DNA of 64,000 nt from the human T2T-CHM13v2.0 reference genome, Homo sapiens: NCBI RefSeq assembly GCF_009914755.1, contig NC_060936.1; one strand, 5' to 3'. Below are positions 25,751 to 39,099 of this stretch, piece by piece. The position numbers and the translations under genes are program-made. The first letter of the stretch is position 1. Each line of letters starts with the position of its first letter. Under the pieces are notes generated by a model, which saw only the letters and a program-made list of their open reading frames with translations, was not told where the DNA came from and made no database searches.

Positions 25751-27166
25751 AGGCTGGGAGGACAGAAAGTGAGAATTGGTTTAAGAGAGCTAAATTACCA
25801 TCTACCATACTAGGAAATCAATTGAAAATCTCTCTAGTTGGTAAATTTTAAAAAGTGGTATCTGTATTATTTAGGTATATAGGGGTAACCCTTCAAAGAA
25901 CTTAAAACAAATATTAAACATTAAAAGTGGTTATTTTAGAGGAAGTGAGACTTGTGGAAAGGTGTGGGAAATTAGGGAAAGTATTCACAAGAAATCTTTC
26001 CCTATACATGGAAATTTTGTTATCAGGTACATATATTATTTGGAAAGCAAGATGTTTTAATTCAAAAGAAAATTACAAGTCAACTGCTTCTGTGTGAAAA
26101 GAGAATGAGAAGAAAATAATTTTGGAATTAAAATATCCTCCCAAAAGTTTAATTCTATGACTATTGCTTGTTTTATCACAAGTTTTTATCCCTGAGATCC
26201 TGAATTGCAAAAGATATAACTATATAGGCATTTGTTGAGTGGATAAATGAGTGAAAGGAAATATTATTTTATGTCTAATAATAATATCAAGACTATGAAA
26301 TTAATCATATATTTTGGGTCCTATTGGTGGGATTGTCTAGAAAGCTAGAGTTAAGAAATATCAAGTCATTCTCTTCTGTAACTCTTGTTCATAAAGACAA
26401 AATGCACTGCTTGTGGAATTCAAGCACTGACCAAACTTTGACCAATGTCTTCATCTGAAGAAGAAGAGTACTGAGGTTTTAATTGATAACAGAATGCAAA
26501 TATCATCCAAATAAACACTTGGTAATAGTTGTTCACTGTTTACAGAGATAAAGTCAAGTTCAGTTTTTACTGCCTTAAACTATCTTAGAATGTATTTTGT
26601 CTATACTTTCCAAAAAAAATCCTGCCCATAATTTTCCCAAAAATAAATAAATGTTTTAAGGTTAAAGAATTGAAACACATGTGAGCATTTATTAAGAAAT
26701 AAATAAATATTTATTGAATCAATCCAATTCATAGAAAATTAAATGAATGCAGGTATAGCATTTAAAAGGCAAGAAGTTAATGAAAAAAGAAATTAAGGGG
26801 GAGAATTAATAATGGGAAAAATATCTTGAAAATTCTAGAAGAAATTTATGTCATTCCTGCAGTGTGTAAGAAATGCTAAATCTGGTGATAGGCTAGTGAG
26901 TTAATGCCAAGTTCTGGGGTTCAAACTGGAGGGGTAGAAGGCATCCACCAGCACCCCCAAGACCCATCACCCAATCAAAGCAGATATGACTTCACCTTGA
27001 AGTCCCCTAAAACAAACAAAAAGATGCCATTGTGTTTTGAACAGATAAAAATCTGATCAAAACACACCCTAAAATTTGTGAAGAGAATATTTGGAGAGCA
27101 TGCTTTCATTAGGAAAACCAGGCCTGGGCAGGTAAATGTAGGGATGGATTAAGAGTGAGGGGGTAA

Positions 27167-27472
27167 GGCTGGGCATGGTGGCTCATGCCTGTTATCCCAG
27201 CATGTTTGGAGGCTGAGGCAAGAGGATTGCTTGAGCCCAGGAGTTTGATACTAGCTTGGCAACATAGCAAGACGCCCTTTTCTGCAAAAAATTAAAAAAT
27301 TAGCCAGGTGTGGTGGTGTGTGCCTATAGTCCTAGCTATTTGGGAGACTGAGGTGGGAGGATCACTTGAGCTCAGGAATTGGAGGCTGCCGTGAGCTATG
27401 ACTGCACCACTGCACTCAATCCTGGGTGACAGAGTGAAACCCCCCTGTCTCTAAAAATTAAAAAAAAAAAAA
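27167..27472 (+). mobile_element. AluJ
   Basis: gaggattgcttgagcccaggagttt and gtgagctatgactgcaccactgcact are AluJ-type; degenerate TSD aagagtgagggggt / aagactaaggggt. Confidence 0.92.
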
Positions 27473-28636
27473 GACTAAGGGGTGAAGGTGTTGGAAAATT
27501 CACATGCCCCAAGGGTGACACACACAAAAAAGAAGTTTCCAGGTAGCCTAACACATCCCACTATCCATTAATTCTGCAACAATGTTGTGAAGAGGGGAGG
27601 AGGAGATAGGAGAGGTAGGTGGCATAAATGGTTAGACATATAGGAGCTTTCCTTTTTATGAGAAAAATCTACTTCTCTTTCAAACTGCATTTTCCAAGAG
27701 AGAAATACCAAAGATATTGAGAGTTTATAGAGATTAACCAGAGAAAGCAAAAGCATAAAATCTGTTGTTGTTGTTTTCTGAAAATAACAAAAGGCCTGGA
27801 CTTTCAGAACACTAATGTTTTCTTTCACCATTCACAGTGGAGGGCCTTCTGGTCCAATACTGGTCCAAGCCCCTGGCTGGGATGGGTGGTGCAAGTGAAG
27901 TCATCCCTTCCTTGATTGAGTGATGTGTCTTGGGAGTGGAGCGGGCTGTCTTCTGCTTGTCCAGTTGGGACCCCAGAGCTTGGCACTGGCCTACTAGCCT
28001 ATTACCAGGGAACACTTCTCTCTTCTATTACCCATGGTAGGGTGTCTGCAGCCTGGAGGGGAAAGTGCAAACTCTTTCATCAGGAACAAAATTATGTAAC
28101 CTATGGCTCTTTTATCACCACAAGGGTGTGGCTCCTGAAGCTGGAAAGGAAGGCAATAAATAGCTTTCAAGTGTTTCATTTTAAGATTTCCAGTAAATAC
28201 ATTTGTTTTTACTTCTTTTGCTTTGAGAGGCTTTTGAACTTTATTCTTTTTTTTTTAACTTGGGAGCATAACATTTTAACCCATCAGCATCAAGAGTCAA
28301 GACAGCATGTTATCTTGAGCAAGTCATTTAATCTCTCTGGAACTCAAGTTTTCTTTACTTGTAAAATTAACTCTCTTCTAAGGTTCTTTTCTTTAACCTT
28401 TTGTGACTTTATGATTGAATTCAGTAAGTTCATTTTGTTTCCTGTGTATTATTTGCATTTTTTTCTCTGTTTAATGAGAGACATTGTCAACCAATTTCAA
28501 GTTTTAAGCAGAGGTAAAAATTTAACTTTAAGATCTAACATTCTCCTCTGCCCCATGAAGAATCCCTTGATTATACACATGTAGGTCTGAGAGAAGGACA
28601 TTTTTTTGTGTTTTTAGTGGCCTAAAAATACATCTT

Positions 28637-28890
28637 CACATTATTCATAATATCTGAAAGTGGAACAATCTAAATGTCCATCAACATGAATGAATAAATT
28701 AAATGTCATTTCTCTGTATATAAAATGTGATGTTATTAGGCAATTAAAAAGAAATGAAATACTGATATATGTTGCAATGAATGATTCTGCAAAACAGTGT
28801 AAATGAAAGAAGCCAGTCACAGCTGACCATATAATAATATCCAGAATAGACAAATCCACAGAGACAGAAAGTAGATTAGTGGTTGCCTAT
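28637..28890 (+). mobile_element. L1MB-like 3' region, left part
   Basis: aaatgtccatcaac...aaagaaatgaaatactgata...aaatccacagagacagaaagtagattagtggttgcct. Confidence 0.8.
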
Positions 28891-29095
28891 AGTTACCCTA
28901 AAAATTAGGCTCACGCTTTCCCTAACTTCCCCCACCCTTTCACAAGTCTCACTTCCCCTAAAATAACCACTTAATTTTTAGTATTAGTTTTAAGTTCTTT
29001 GAATGGTTACCCCTATATGCCTAAATAATACATGTACTGCTTTTTAGAATTTACCAATTAGAGAAATTTTGCAAAGATTAGAAAAAATATAATTC

Positions 29096-29106
29096 TGAGA
29101 AAAAGG

Positions 29107-29144
<38 letters not shown>

Positions 29145-29603
29145 ATTTTGGGTTTACTGACTAGGCCCTGCACAAAAGACAGATTAACAAGAGAAAAAAG
29201 TGCAAATCTACCTAATATGAGTTTTACATGACACAGGAGTCATCATAAGGAAATGAAAACCTAAAGAAACAGGTAAACCTGAGTGTTTTTATATTAGGTT
29301 TGGTAATGAGTGGAAAGTCATGGAAAAATGTGATGGACAAAGGGCTAAGGGGTAATAAACAGGAAACTTAGTGAGGCCTGTTTGTTCGTTTCTTCTTGGT
29401 GTCCCTCCCTCTTTGGAGATAAGGACCCTAAGGAGAAGTACATTGGGTATAGAAAGGGCACCTGTCCCCTGAGGATCCTGTGATCTGCTTCAGGGGATAG
29501 TCAGAGAGTCCTTCCTCCACTTGCCATTCCTTAAATACCTTAAGCCTAAAATATTTAAGATGCCAAGATCCATATTTTGTCATAGCCTGTCCTGAACCCC
29601 GTC
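29096..29603 (-). mobile_element. ERV1 LTR, MER31/MER67-like, with a poly(T) expansion at 29109-29140
   Basis: caaaagacagattaacaagagaaaa...gttttacatgacacaggag; end ccatattttgtcatagcctgtcctgaacccc. Confidence 0.7.
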
Positions 29604-29605
29604 CC

Positions 29606-29829
29606 TTAGGACTGGAGGTTTGTGAACTTTGGGGGTTGGGTCACAATAATGAGTGACTGCCAATGTAGACAGGTGGTTTTTTGGGGGTTACAAAGATGTT
29701 CTAAAATTGATTATGGTGATTATGGTTGTATAACTGTGAATATACTAAAAGCCATTGAATTGTAAAATTTAAATGGGTAAATAACAAGGTGTTTAAATTA
29801 TGTCTCAATAAAGTCATCATTTAAAAAAA
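29606..29829 (+). mobile_element. L1MB-like 3' end, right part
   Basis: gatgttctaaaattgattatggtgat...aactgtgaatatactaaaagccattgaattgta...tctcaataaag. Confidence 0.8.
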
Positions 29830-30602
29830 TCTTCAGCCCCTCAATAATCAGTTGGTTGCAGAGGAAGAAAGTGTTGGTATTTGGGGGCCTCATGAGGTGA
29901 GGCCTCAGGATTAGCCTCCTGAGGTCTGTTTGCATCTCATGAAGTGGCAACAACTGTGAATTCAAGGAACTTTGAGAGCAGTAACCCTTAAGGCTCAAGT
30001 TCATCAGAGAGTGCAACTCCCTTAACTGAGAATGACACATGGGGACATCTGCTAAGAGAGGCCCAGTTCTGGCTCCACAGAAGACACAACTATGATCCAT
30101 GGGTCAGTAGCTTCTGAGGCCAGCTTTAATGGCACACGCTGTGTTATGTCCTCTGCCACAGAGGCATCTCTGTCACTGCATTCCTGAGCAGTTTTGTGTA
30201 CCTCAGAGACACACGACTGTATCCCCAAATCCTAAGTTCAGTGGCACTGAGTCTCCTGTTCTTGAAGAAAGCTTGCAACAAGGATGAGGTTTCCCCAACA
30301 CCATAGCCTTTATCTGGCCCCCATTCCATTATCTGACATGGTTTCATGAAAGTCGATTTCTGCCGGGCAGTCAGTGGCTCTGGGAACTAGGATGGAAGCT
30401 GGAGGTCTTCCCCTCTAAACATTCACACACTATTCATAAGGTCCCTAGGAAGATAAAGAGGGAAACATGTAAGATGTTAGAATGAGCTGTGGACGTTGCT
30501 GCTATCACTGGGATGAGGAGTGTCAAGCTCTGCACTCTGGGGGCCATTTGGGGCATCCCATTTGCACTGCAAAGTAAGTAGAGGGAGTACTCGGTTACAT
30601 AT

Positions 30603-30770
30603 TCTCTCATTCAGTCATTTGTCCAGTTAACATTAGTTGAACACTTACATACTCTGTGGCATTCTAAGTAGGCCGGAAGAATAAAATGCTTCTCACATCC
30701 GTGCTGCCCTGGATTGCTGAGGGTCTGCTGGGGAAGTTAAGCATGCACAGAAAGAGTAATGATACAAGGT
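30603..30770 (-). mobile_element. L2 3' end, antisense
   Basis: tcattcagtcatttgtccagttaacattagttgaacacttac. Confidence 0.55.
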
Positions 30771-31133
30771 GGAGTTGGTGCATTTTGGTTTCAGCAATGA
30801 GATACCTACTTAGACATGGTAATCATTAAACCTATTATTTTCATGATGAAATTAATCTGCACAGAGACAGAGAGCTTTTATAAAATATCAATTACGGAAT
30901 GTGAGACCAAAGACAATAGTATGTTATAGAGACTGCACAGATAAGTCTAACATGCAGCTAGAGTTGAGAACTCATTGCTGTCAACAATTTATTAAAAAGT
31001 AGAGAAATAGTATAGATAGTTGTTACATGTTTTAAAAGCAAATTTGGGCTACATAGCTTATCAGAGGATTCCTTTCTGCCTTGTGAATTAATTCGTGTGG
31101 AAAAAAAGTTTTTGTCAGGCAATTGATTTAAAT

Positions 31134-31618
31134 CAATAAGTCTCAGTTTTTTAGTCTCAGGATCCATTACATTCTAAAATATTATTAGTATCTAAAGAGC
31201 TTCTGTGTATGTGTGTATATCTGTGGCTATGTATTACATAGCTGTATTTACCATATTAGAAAAAAAGACTTTCAAATCTATTTTCTATTAGTTCATTTAA
31301 AACTCCATGTTAACACCAATTGCGTAGTTTTATGAACAATAGCTGTGTTTTCAAAAACAAAATGAGGTAGTGAGAGGAGAGGCACTCTTTCACATGTTTG
31401 CAAATCACTGTAATGTCTGGCTTAATAGGAGACAGCTGGATTCTCATGTCTGTTCTGCATTCAGCCTGTTGTGATATCTTACGTGATGTAGCCTCTGAAA
31501 AACTCCATTGCATTCTCAGGAGAGAATGAGAGTGAACAAAGCAAGTTACTTCTTGGACTACTATGAAAATAGTTTCAATGTCGGGGGCTCAACCAAAAGA
31601 ATTTCACAGATCCCCACT
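31134..31618 (+). mobile_element. hAT-Charlie element (MER119/Charlie4a-like)
   Basis: tttgcaaatcactgtaatgtctggcttaataggagacagctggattctcat...gtagcctctgaaaaactcca...gagagaatgagagtga. Confidence 0.75.
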
Positions 31619-34600
31619 ATGGAAACCTTTACATTCATTTTCATGGCAATCCTATCTTTAAAAACAGATGAGGAAGCTGAGGGGGGCTCAGGAATGGAAG
31701 ACACTCACCATGGGTCATGCCGTGGTCATGAGCAGGGCTGGGATTTGTTCTCTGCTGGCTGGTGGCCAGGTGGGAGCCAGGCCACCGCATGTCCCTTCAT
31801 CAGTCCACACAGTTCTTAATAGTTGTTTTATTTCTTCACTCATGTACTGTTGATGTTGATAGGATATTGTTCCCCTTGGACTTGTTGGAAGAACTTAACC
31901 AACTCAGGAGTAGTTACTCTTAATTTTCTTCAAATGTGTCAAGGCAACTTTCTGACTAATTCTTTTGGATTAAGAAGAGGCATTTTAGAGTTTCAACAGT
32001 TATTAGATGACTTTTCTCATCTCGCAAATTGTAAATCATTGAAAGTAATCATAATACTGGCAATAAACGCTTGATTTAAAATTTTTGAGTAGTTTTGAAA
32101 ACAGTTTGTTGTATTCTAACTCAATATTTGACGTAATAAATGTGATGCTTTAATTAGAAAAAGCTCATTGTTTCAATAAAGTACAAAGGGGTTAGAAGCT
32201 CAGATTCACAATAAAACTTTTTTTCATGCAAAATTTTAATAATAAAGTTTTTTAAACCACAAGCATATAGCTATAAAATTTACTGTTATGGAGCAAAATC
32301 AGGCTCTGATTATTTTCCCCCTTCTTACAAGAGCAATGTCTTTCCCTTTTAGCCACCAGCACTAATCAATGTAACATGTTCTTACCACTTTACCAGTAAA
32401 ACCCCAAGTCACATGCAATGCAGCCAAATTGCATGAAGATTTTCATTATTATTTGTTGTTTGCTTTTGTTTTCAGTTTGTCTTTTTCTCTAGGTGTCAGT
32501 TGTAAGTCTCCGATTTCTATTATGTTACAGCAAATAGAATGTCCTGTGATTATAATTTGTTTTCACTCTTTATTAGGTCAAGTTATAATTACTTCTGTTG
32601 TAAGAACTCAAATTGTTGAGTTCATGAGAACTCAATCTGTTCTCATGTTCTTGTGCACACACAGAAAAACATTAAAATACATAACATTTTTGATCCATAA
32701 ACACTTTCTCATTTTTAAGTAATTGTAAAGATAAAGCTATGAACACAAATTCATTTCTAAGATAAATGCAGAAAAATAATGGAAAGCTCACTTAAAAAAT
32801 TGCTACTTGTTTCCCAACAGTTTTCCATTTAATCTTTCTTTATTCTCTTATGAATCCTAGAATAAGTGATAAAGACAATCAAGGTTTGTCATCTGAAGAT
32901 TTAAACTGGATAAATTAGATAGTTTAAAGAGCAATAGTCTTTACACGTTATAAGAGTCAAATAGGATTTTATACATCATTAGCCATATTTATCTTTAATT
33001 CTTTTACTGTAAGTTACAGCATTTAATTTTTTTCTTTCTTATAAATTTAGAAATGAGAATTACTATTTCACACAGACTTCCTATTCTGATAGTCTGTTAT
33101 ATTATACTTTGAAGATAGCTCCTGGGAAGAGATTGGTAACAGTGTAGGAACTGATAGGGAAATTCTGACATAGTATTTTCCAAAACTTTCTTAAAAATGA
33201 GAGCATTTTCAACTTTGAAAAAAAAAAAAAGCCTGTAAGGGTTGGGTTATTATTAGTTTCCTCTTAAAAGCTGTCAAAGTTCTCAGAAGCCATATGTTTA
33301 AGTTGTCAAATTTCTCAGGACAAAATTTACCTGCATTTTGCTTAAATGAAAATTTTAAAATGATTTTTACATCTCATTTGGTATACATATAAAATATATT
33401 AGAATATTTTTATCTAATAAAATACCAAATATAATATTTTAGATATGGACTATTTCTCACTAATATAGAATTATTTAACTCACTAGTTGTACAAAAAGGA
33501 GCCCAGAGCCTTTATTTGTGCTTTTTTGACTCAGCATTTTTAGTGAGCTGCTAATGATCTGATCAACAGCTCTGCTGCTTTTCAAAACATGGGGAAGCAA
33601 GTACTTCACCTTTCAGGGCATCACGCTAATTCCAGGACTTTTATGGAGATATCTTACCAAGGTTAGAAAAACAGCTCTTTTATATTTGTTACAGGTCTGA
33701 TAAAATAGTAAAACATGAAGTTTTTTTCAACCCTTGTTGCCAAATTGTTGGAGTATCTATGACGTTTTACACAACTTTTAAATTTTTTGTTTAAGCACAA
33801 TAAAATTCCCAGTGAAACTGGAAATGCGCAATGTGTAGTTTTCATGTGGTATCTGGGCTTAATGGCAAGATATGCAATTTTGGTTTCCTTTGCCGCAACA
33901 TCTCTTGTAATAAAACTGTATTTTAAGAGAAATTTCTTTATCGAATCTTTGAGATCAAAAGAGCTGAAAGTGAACTATATTCATTGGTTATTATATGCAA
34001 AGCTTCCTAGATAGATGTCAGGAACAGGGAGCAAATTTATCACCTTACTAATTTGGATGCAAGTATTATCTGAGGTCAGTCACATTTCTTTTTAAAATAA
34101 TATTTCTCATTCACAGCCTCATTTAAAGTAGATTTAAATTGACCTTAGCACTTATTTTATCATTAATTTTCAAATCTTTATCAAAACTTTATCATTATTT
34201 GATAATTATTAATTATCAAAACTTTATCATTAATTTCAAATATACCTCAAACAATTGTGAATCACCGGCAAAAATTTGCATTCATTAATACCTAGAAATA
34301 AATGTTCCTTCATCTTTTTTGCCATCTCATTAAGTTTGCATTTTTATAATTGCACAGGCATTTACTTTGACATGGTATTTGAGACTCATCGCTTCTTTTT
34401 GGGCGGTGGAGGAACATCACTAAAATGCATATTCAAAAATTGTATTTTGCTTATATATGTGTGTTTGGTGAATAGTAATACTATTTCTGGATTTCAGCTT
34501 TAGAGGCATACATAATGTCAGGATAGAGATGGCATAATAAATGATACTTCTGTATTTTCCCCTGGAGTTCTAAACTGGTTGTGAAATGAAAAATAAATCA

Positions 34601-34831
34601 GATAGGAATCATGTATCACATTTATCATACATAAAGCTGATATTGGAATGTTGGGCTTTTATTTATAAGCAAGTGGACTCATTACTGAACTCCAAAATTA
34701 GGCAAAATTAGTCACCTAGACACTGGCAATACTGGAAAATCACAGCTCCCTCCTCCCAGTTTGGAGAAAATGAACCCAAGTTTCCTACAGGCAGCTAGTT
34801 CCCAAAGGGATAAGATACATCCAAGTCTAGG

Positions 34832-35016
34832 CAGTGATTTACAAAATGTGGTTCTAGCATTATCATCATCATCATCATCCGAGAACTTATAAGAAATTCA
34901 AGTTATCACGACCCATCCAAGACCTACTGAATCAGAAACTGGGGGTAGGGCCCAGCAAATCTATTTTCACAAACCCTCCAGGTATTTCTGAGGCAAACTA
35001 AAGATTGAAGATGATC
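34832..35016. mobile_element. MER5A-like hAT-Charlie MITE
   Basis: agacctactgaatcagaaactgggggtagggcccagcaaatc...aaccctccagg. Confidence 0.8.
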
Positions 35017-35376
35017 AGTTTGCACCAGTTTCTTCTTTCAAACTGACCAGTTATACTGAGTTATAGGGAATATTTTTACATGATATTGATGACAGGGAAG
35101 TATCAGTGGGAGTGAGGAAGAAGTGTTTGGTCTCTAAAACTAATTTAGAATTATAATTTTTTTTAACTTTATTTGCTGTTTTATTTTAGTATGGTAATAT
35201 TATTGGAAATTCCAGATCACTTCAATAGTTTATGGGCACAATAGAAAATAATAGATGACACTGGATTGTTGTAGAAAATGGTGTAAATAGTTGGCCTAAA
35301 TATGGAAGATGGATTAAGCCTTCATAATTATGCTTTATTTAGGAATCCATGTTTACATCGTTTTGCCTTATTTTCT

Positions 35377-35386
35377 TTTTCTTTTC

Positions 35387-35429
<43 letters not shown>

Positions 35430-35537
35430 AGATGGAGTCGCGGCTGCGGCCCGGGCTGGAGTGCAATGGTGCAATCTTGGCTCACTGCAAGCTCTGCCTC
35501 CGGGGTTCATGCTGCCATTCTCCTGCCTCAGCCTCCC
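35377..35537 (-). mobile_element. 5'-truncated AluY-like right arm
   Basis: Long poly(T), then ctgcaagctctgcctccc...gccattctcctgcctcagcctcc; candidate TSD ttgccttattttct (35363-35376) / ttgcattattctct (35538-35551). Confidence 0.85.
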
Positions 35538-35865
35538 TTGCATTATTCTCTATAATTGACATTCAGGGCTTCTCAAGTTAATATCCAGGATCCAGAGCAC
35601 ATTCCCCAAAGCTACAGAAATCATACCTCACAAGACTTATGCTAATATGTGAAATAAGGCGATACAGAAAAGCTGGGTTTAATTAAACACAGTCTCCTTC
35701 AATTAGTGACTGTATGTATTATCTTATGTAAATTACTGAACCTCTCAGGCTTACTATAAAAAAGAAACAAAAACTTGGTGTTCTTTTATCTTACAGAACA
35801 TGTGAATTATATAATGCACCCTTTTTAAAAAATGCACTAGGAAGCTTAGAGAAAAATTGGGAGCC

Positions 35866-36160
35866 TGTGTATGGTAAATTCATCTGTTAGCAATAGCTTA
35901 AACATACCCTAAGAATGACCCCCTATGGCAGATGCACCCGAATGTAAGCAGTTTGCAAGCAGTTGCTTTTCTGCCCAGCCTGCCACCACTAGGCCATATG
36001 GTTCTCCTGCCCAGCCCACTGTCCCTGGACTCTCTCCCCTGTATATAAACCCCCAATAAAACTCGTGTCTTTTTTTTTTTTCTGGCCCTGGAACTCTTCT
36101 TAGGCATCTTAATTAAACCTGGTGACATTCCCACTGGAGTCAATAGGGATTGGCATAACT
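35866..36160 (+). mobile_element. LTR47-like (ERV-L class) solo LTR, internally deleted
   Basis: tgtgtatggtaaattc...aagaatgaccccctatggcagatgcacccgaatg; ggactctctcccctgtatataaacccccaataaaac. Confidence 0.7.
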
Positions 36161-36943
36161 GCCAGTTTGCAACGTTTATATGTTATCATAAAGCATTTAA
36201 TTCCTTGTATTAACATTCTGCTTTTATTACAGTTTTGCCCTGATCTCTTTTTCTATTTATTTTACAGATTTACAGCCCACATTTATTGTGTGCTCACTGT
36301 GTAACGTGTTCTGTGTTAAGTGCTTGATACTCATGCATTTGCAAAAACTCTCTGAGGTGGGTAATTATTTTACAGAATACCATTTTATAAGCATCCTTAA
36401 ATGCTTTTGATTGTAGCAGTAAGTAAATAGATGAATACACAAGTTAATCTCTAACGCTCATCTATCTAATTCTTATATAGAGAGTAGTCAAACTATACAT
36501 AGTATACACAATGAGATGAGATATTACTTAATTCTTTATCAGTCTGGTTTGCATAGGGGACTGGTACATGACATGTTCATGAGTGGATCCATCGGATAGC
36601 TGAACATAGCACATTCTGCTTAACCTTCTGAATAACACGAGAACAAATCTATCACATGCCCCTTCAGTTTTTAGGAGAGTAATGGAGGAGAGGGATTTCT
36701 TGACACAAAATGGAAAGGGAAATACCCAAATTAATTCAGATGAAGTAGAGATGTCATAAACATTAGGTAACTCTAGGAAATACAAGCTCCCAGATTTTTC
36801 AAAAGGCACTCACAAAATGAATACTAAATAGCATAAAATGCTAACATCACCAGGAAGATGGCTCTAGGTCTCAGTACAAGAAGAGAGGCACCTATAAAGC
36901 CTGGCTGGCTTCAGTGTAAACTAGATTTTAGAAAGGCTGCAGG

Positions 36944-37478
36944 TGTTACCAGATGGTGCTGCACAGTTCCAGGCTCTTGGTGTCTTAAACAAAGAATTGG
37001 GTGAGACACACACAGATAGCAAAGCAAAGCAACAAAAGTTTATTAAGCCCAGTATTACAATCTCAGAGAGGGAGAGCAGATTGACCTCTGCGAGATGAGA
37101 TCAGCCCGATTTATTACACTTCACGGACTTTCATGTTTTTCCTCACTTGCTCACCCTCACTTTAACTCTCGTAAGCTAATTGCTCATCCTTACTTTTCCC
37201 TCATTGTGCCTTAACGTCACTTTATTGTTTGTAAGCAAATTGCTCATCCTTATTTTTCTTTTTGTGACCAAATTCTTACTGCAAGTCCTTCTGACGTATT
37301 TTTCTGATCTTGTGTGTTCCAACTCACTGCTTATTCCCTTATCTACTTACTGCTTTCTCTTTTATTTCATATGTTCTGTTTCTGCTATCTTACATGTTTT
37401 GTTTTTGCTATTGCTTACGCTAGCCTACATCCAAGGATACCCTTTGCCCCCGACTTTCTCTGCTATTCTCCTGCCTCA
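36944..37478 (-). repeat. 3' LTR of the minus-strand provirus
   Basis: Collinear with 40343-40874 (about 10% mismatch over the first 160 bp by eye); PPT agagggaaa abuts it on the minus strand (tttccctct, 37479-37487). Confidence 0.92.
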
Positions 37479-37779
37479 TTTCCCTCTGAGAGACATGATC
37501 CCCATAAATCTTTATGGGTTGTTGAAAGGCAAGTGTCTGTCTTCTGTACCTGCTTCCTGCTGTCTTTGGGTGGTGACCCTATCTAACAGGGGACCACGGA
37601 ACTCTCACTCTGCTCTATCTAAGGGAGATGTCGGGGGCCTGGGCTGGTCATGGCTAGATGTTCTTCCAAGGCCATCAGAGTCACTATTATTTGGAACTTG
37701 AGGGCTTCCAGGCAGTCAGATACATACTGGACAAGGCAATTCAAAATGCAAGGTCCTAAGAGTAGTAAAATGAAGATTG

Positions 37780-37900
37780 TTATTAAAGGTCCCTAATATA
37801 AGCAAGATAATTGATAATAGCCAATTTTTAAAAGGGTTTAACAAGCTTTTGAACCAGCTTGGTTTGGCTTCCACTTGTTCCCTTAGCCTGTTAATGCAGT
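37780..37900 (-). pseudogene. env: env TM C-terminal remnant
   Basis: CINRLREQVEAKPSWFKSLLNPFKNWLLSIILLILGT looks like a heptad repeat, a Trp-rich membrane-proximal region and a hydrophobic anchor, just upstream of the PPT. Confidence 0.55.
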
Positions 37901-38749
37901 TAGAATTGGAGGAAAAAGTTATCAGGAGTTTAAGGTTACAGGAGAGAGTTATTATTTTAGGTTTTCTCAAGGGGAGAAAAAAATTGAAAGCAGTAAAAGT
38001 ACTGAGAAGTTTTTAGAAAAGAAAGAGGTTATAAAATTAAAAGTGAACATTTTGCAATCTGATTGAGAACAAATTAATACTTTAAGGAAATCATATTTTA
38101 ATATGGGGGATTGATTTTAGAAAGACTATTATAAATGATTTCCTTTTGATGATAATCAACTTGATCACATACAAAATTCCTTTCATAAATTCCCCTTCAT
38201 GAACCTTCTGATGACTTAGAACATCTACAACACGCTTGGACTTTCTGACTTGCCCTAAACTTCTCTCTTTCCTAAATAATCAGCCATTTTACTTTAAGAC
38301 AAAATTTACCATAGACAATCCTTTCTTGTACAACATTATTATCTTTTTAAAATAACCTTCCTTACCAAAAAAATACATCTTCAGAGCCATATTTTTCTTC
38401 ATACCTTTCCTCGTCTACTTATTAGTTCCTTTCTAGCTTACTTCATAAGTAACCATTCTTAATTCCATAATTTGAATTGATCTTTAGTCAATATAGGCAA
38501 AATGATCAGTAGTAGCCAATTATGAAGTAAGTAACAATTCTTAAGTCCATAATTTGAATTGACTAACTTCTCTAATTTGATTTGACCTTTAGATATTATA
38601 ACTTCTGAATTAGACAAAATTAGGTTTTTTAATAAGACTAGATCCTGGGAGGCTTCTGGCCTCTAATGCTGTCCAGAGAGATGCTGAATTAAACAAATCA
38701 TTAATAGCAGAAGGAAAATGATACACATAAACTTCAGGGTATGCAAACA

Positions 38750-38998
38750 TGGGGCAGTGCTTGAATTGTAGTAGCATCCCTATTTTGATAATAATGTCCC
38801 TTTCTATTAAGGGAACTGGGCAGCCTGGCATTACTAGAAATTCCTTCTGTAAAACTTGTGTTTCAAATGGGCAGGTCAGGGGTGGAGTGAAAAATCTAAT
38901 TTGCTGCTTTCCTTCTATTACCACAATACTCTTAGAGAGGAAAGTTTTTCTGCATAAGCACTAAGGAAAAAGTAATTTGCCCCTGTGTCAAAAAGAAA
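38750..38998 (-). pseudogene. pro: Retroviral aspartic protease remnant
   Basis: FLFDTGANYF (DTG at 38989-38981) and FLVMPGCPVPLIERDII (cf. PLLGRD motif). Confidence 0.85.
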
Positions 38999-39099
38999 TG
39001 AAATTTAGGTGTCCATAATGTAGGGGATCATCTATTATGTCTAATTCTGCTTTGGGATTCCCCTTATGAGGACCTTTCCTTGGGACTTTGCACATGGAT

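Noticed and set aside
27916-28584. Longest ORF in the track (222 aa)
   Set aside because: Non-ATG start, F/L-rich composition from AT-rich DNA, overlaps a MIR-like piece, no recognisable domain.
37180-37701. 173-aa hydrophobic ORF with a paralogue at 40600-40929
   Set aside because: Antisense reading of the T-rich LTR; the similarity just reflects the two LTR copies.
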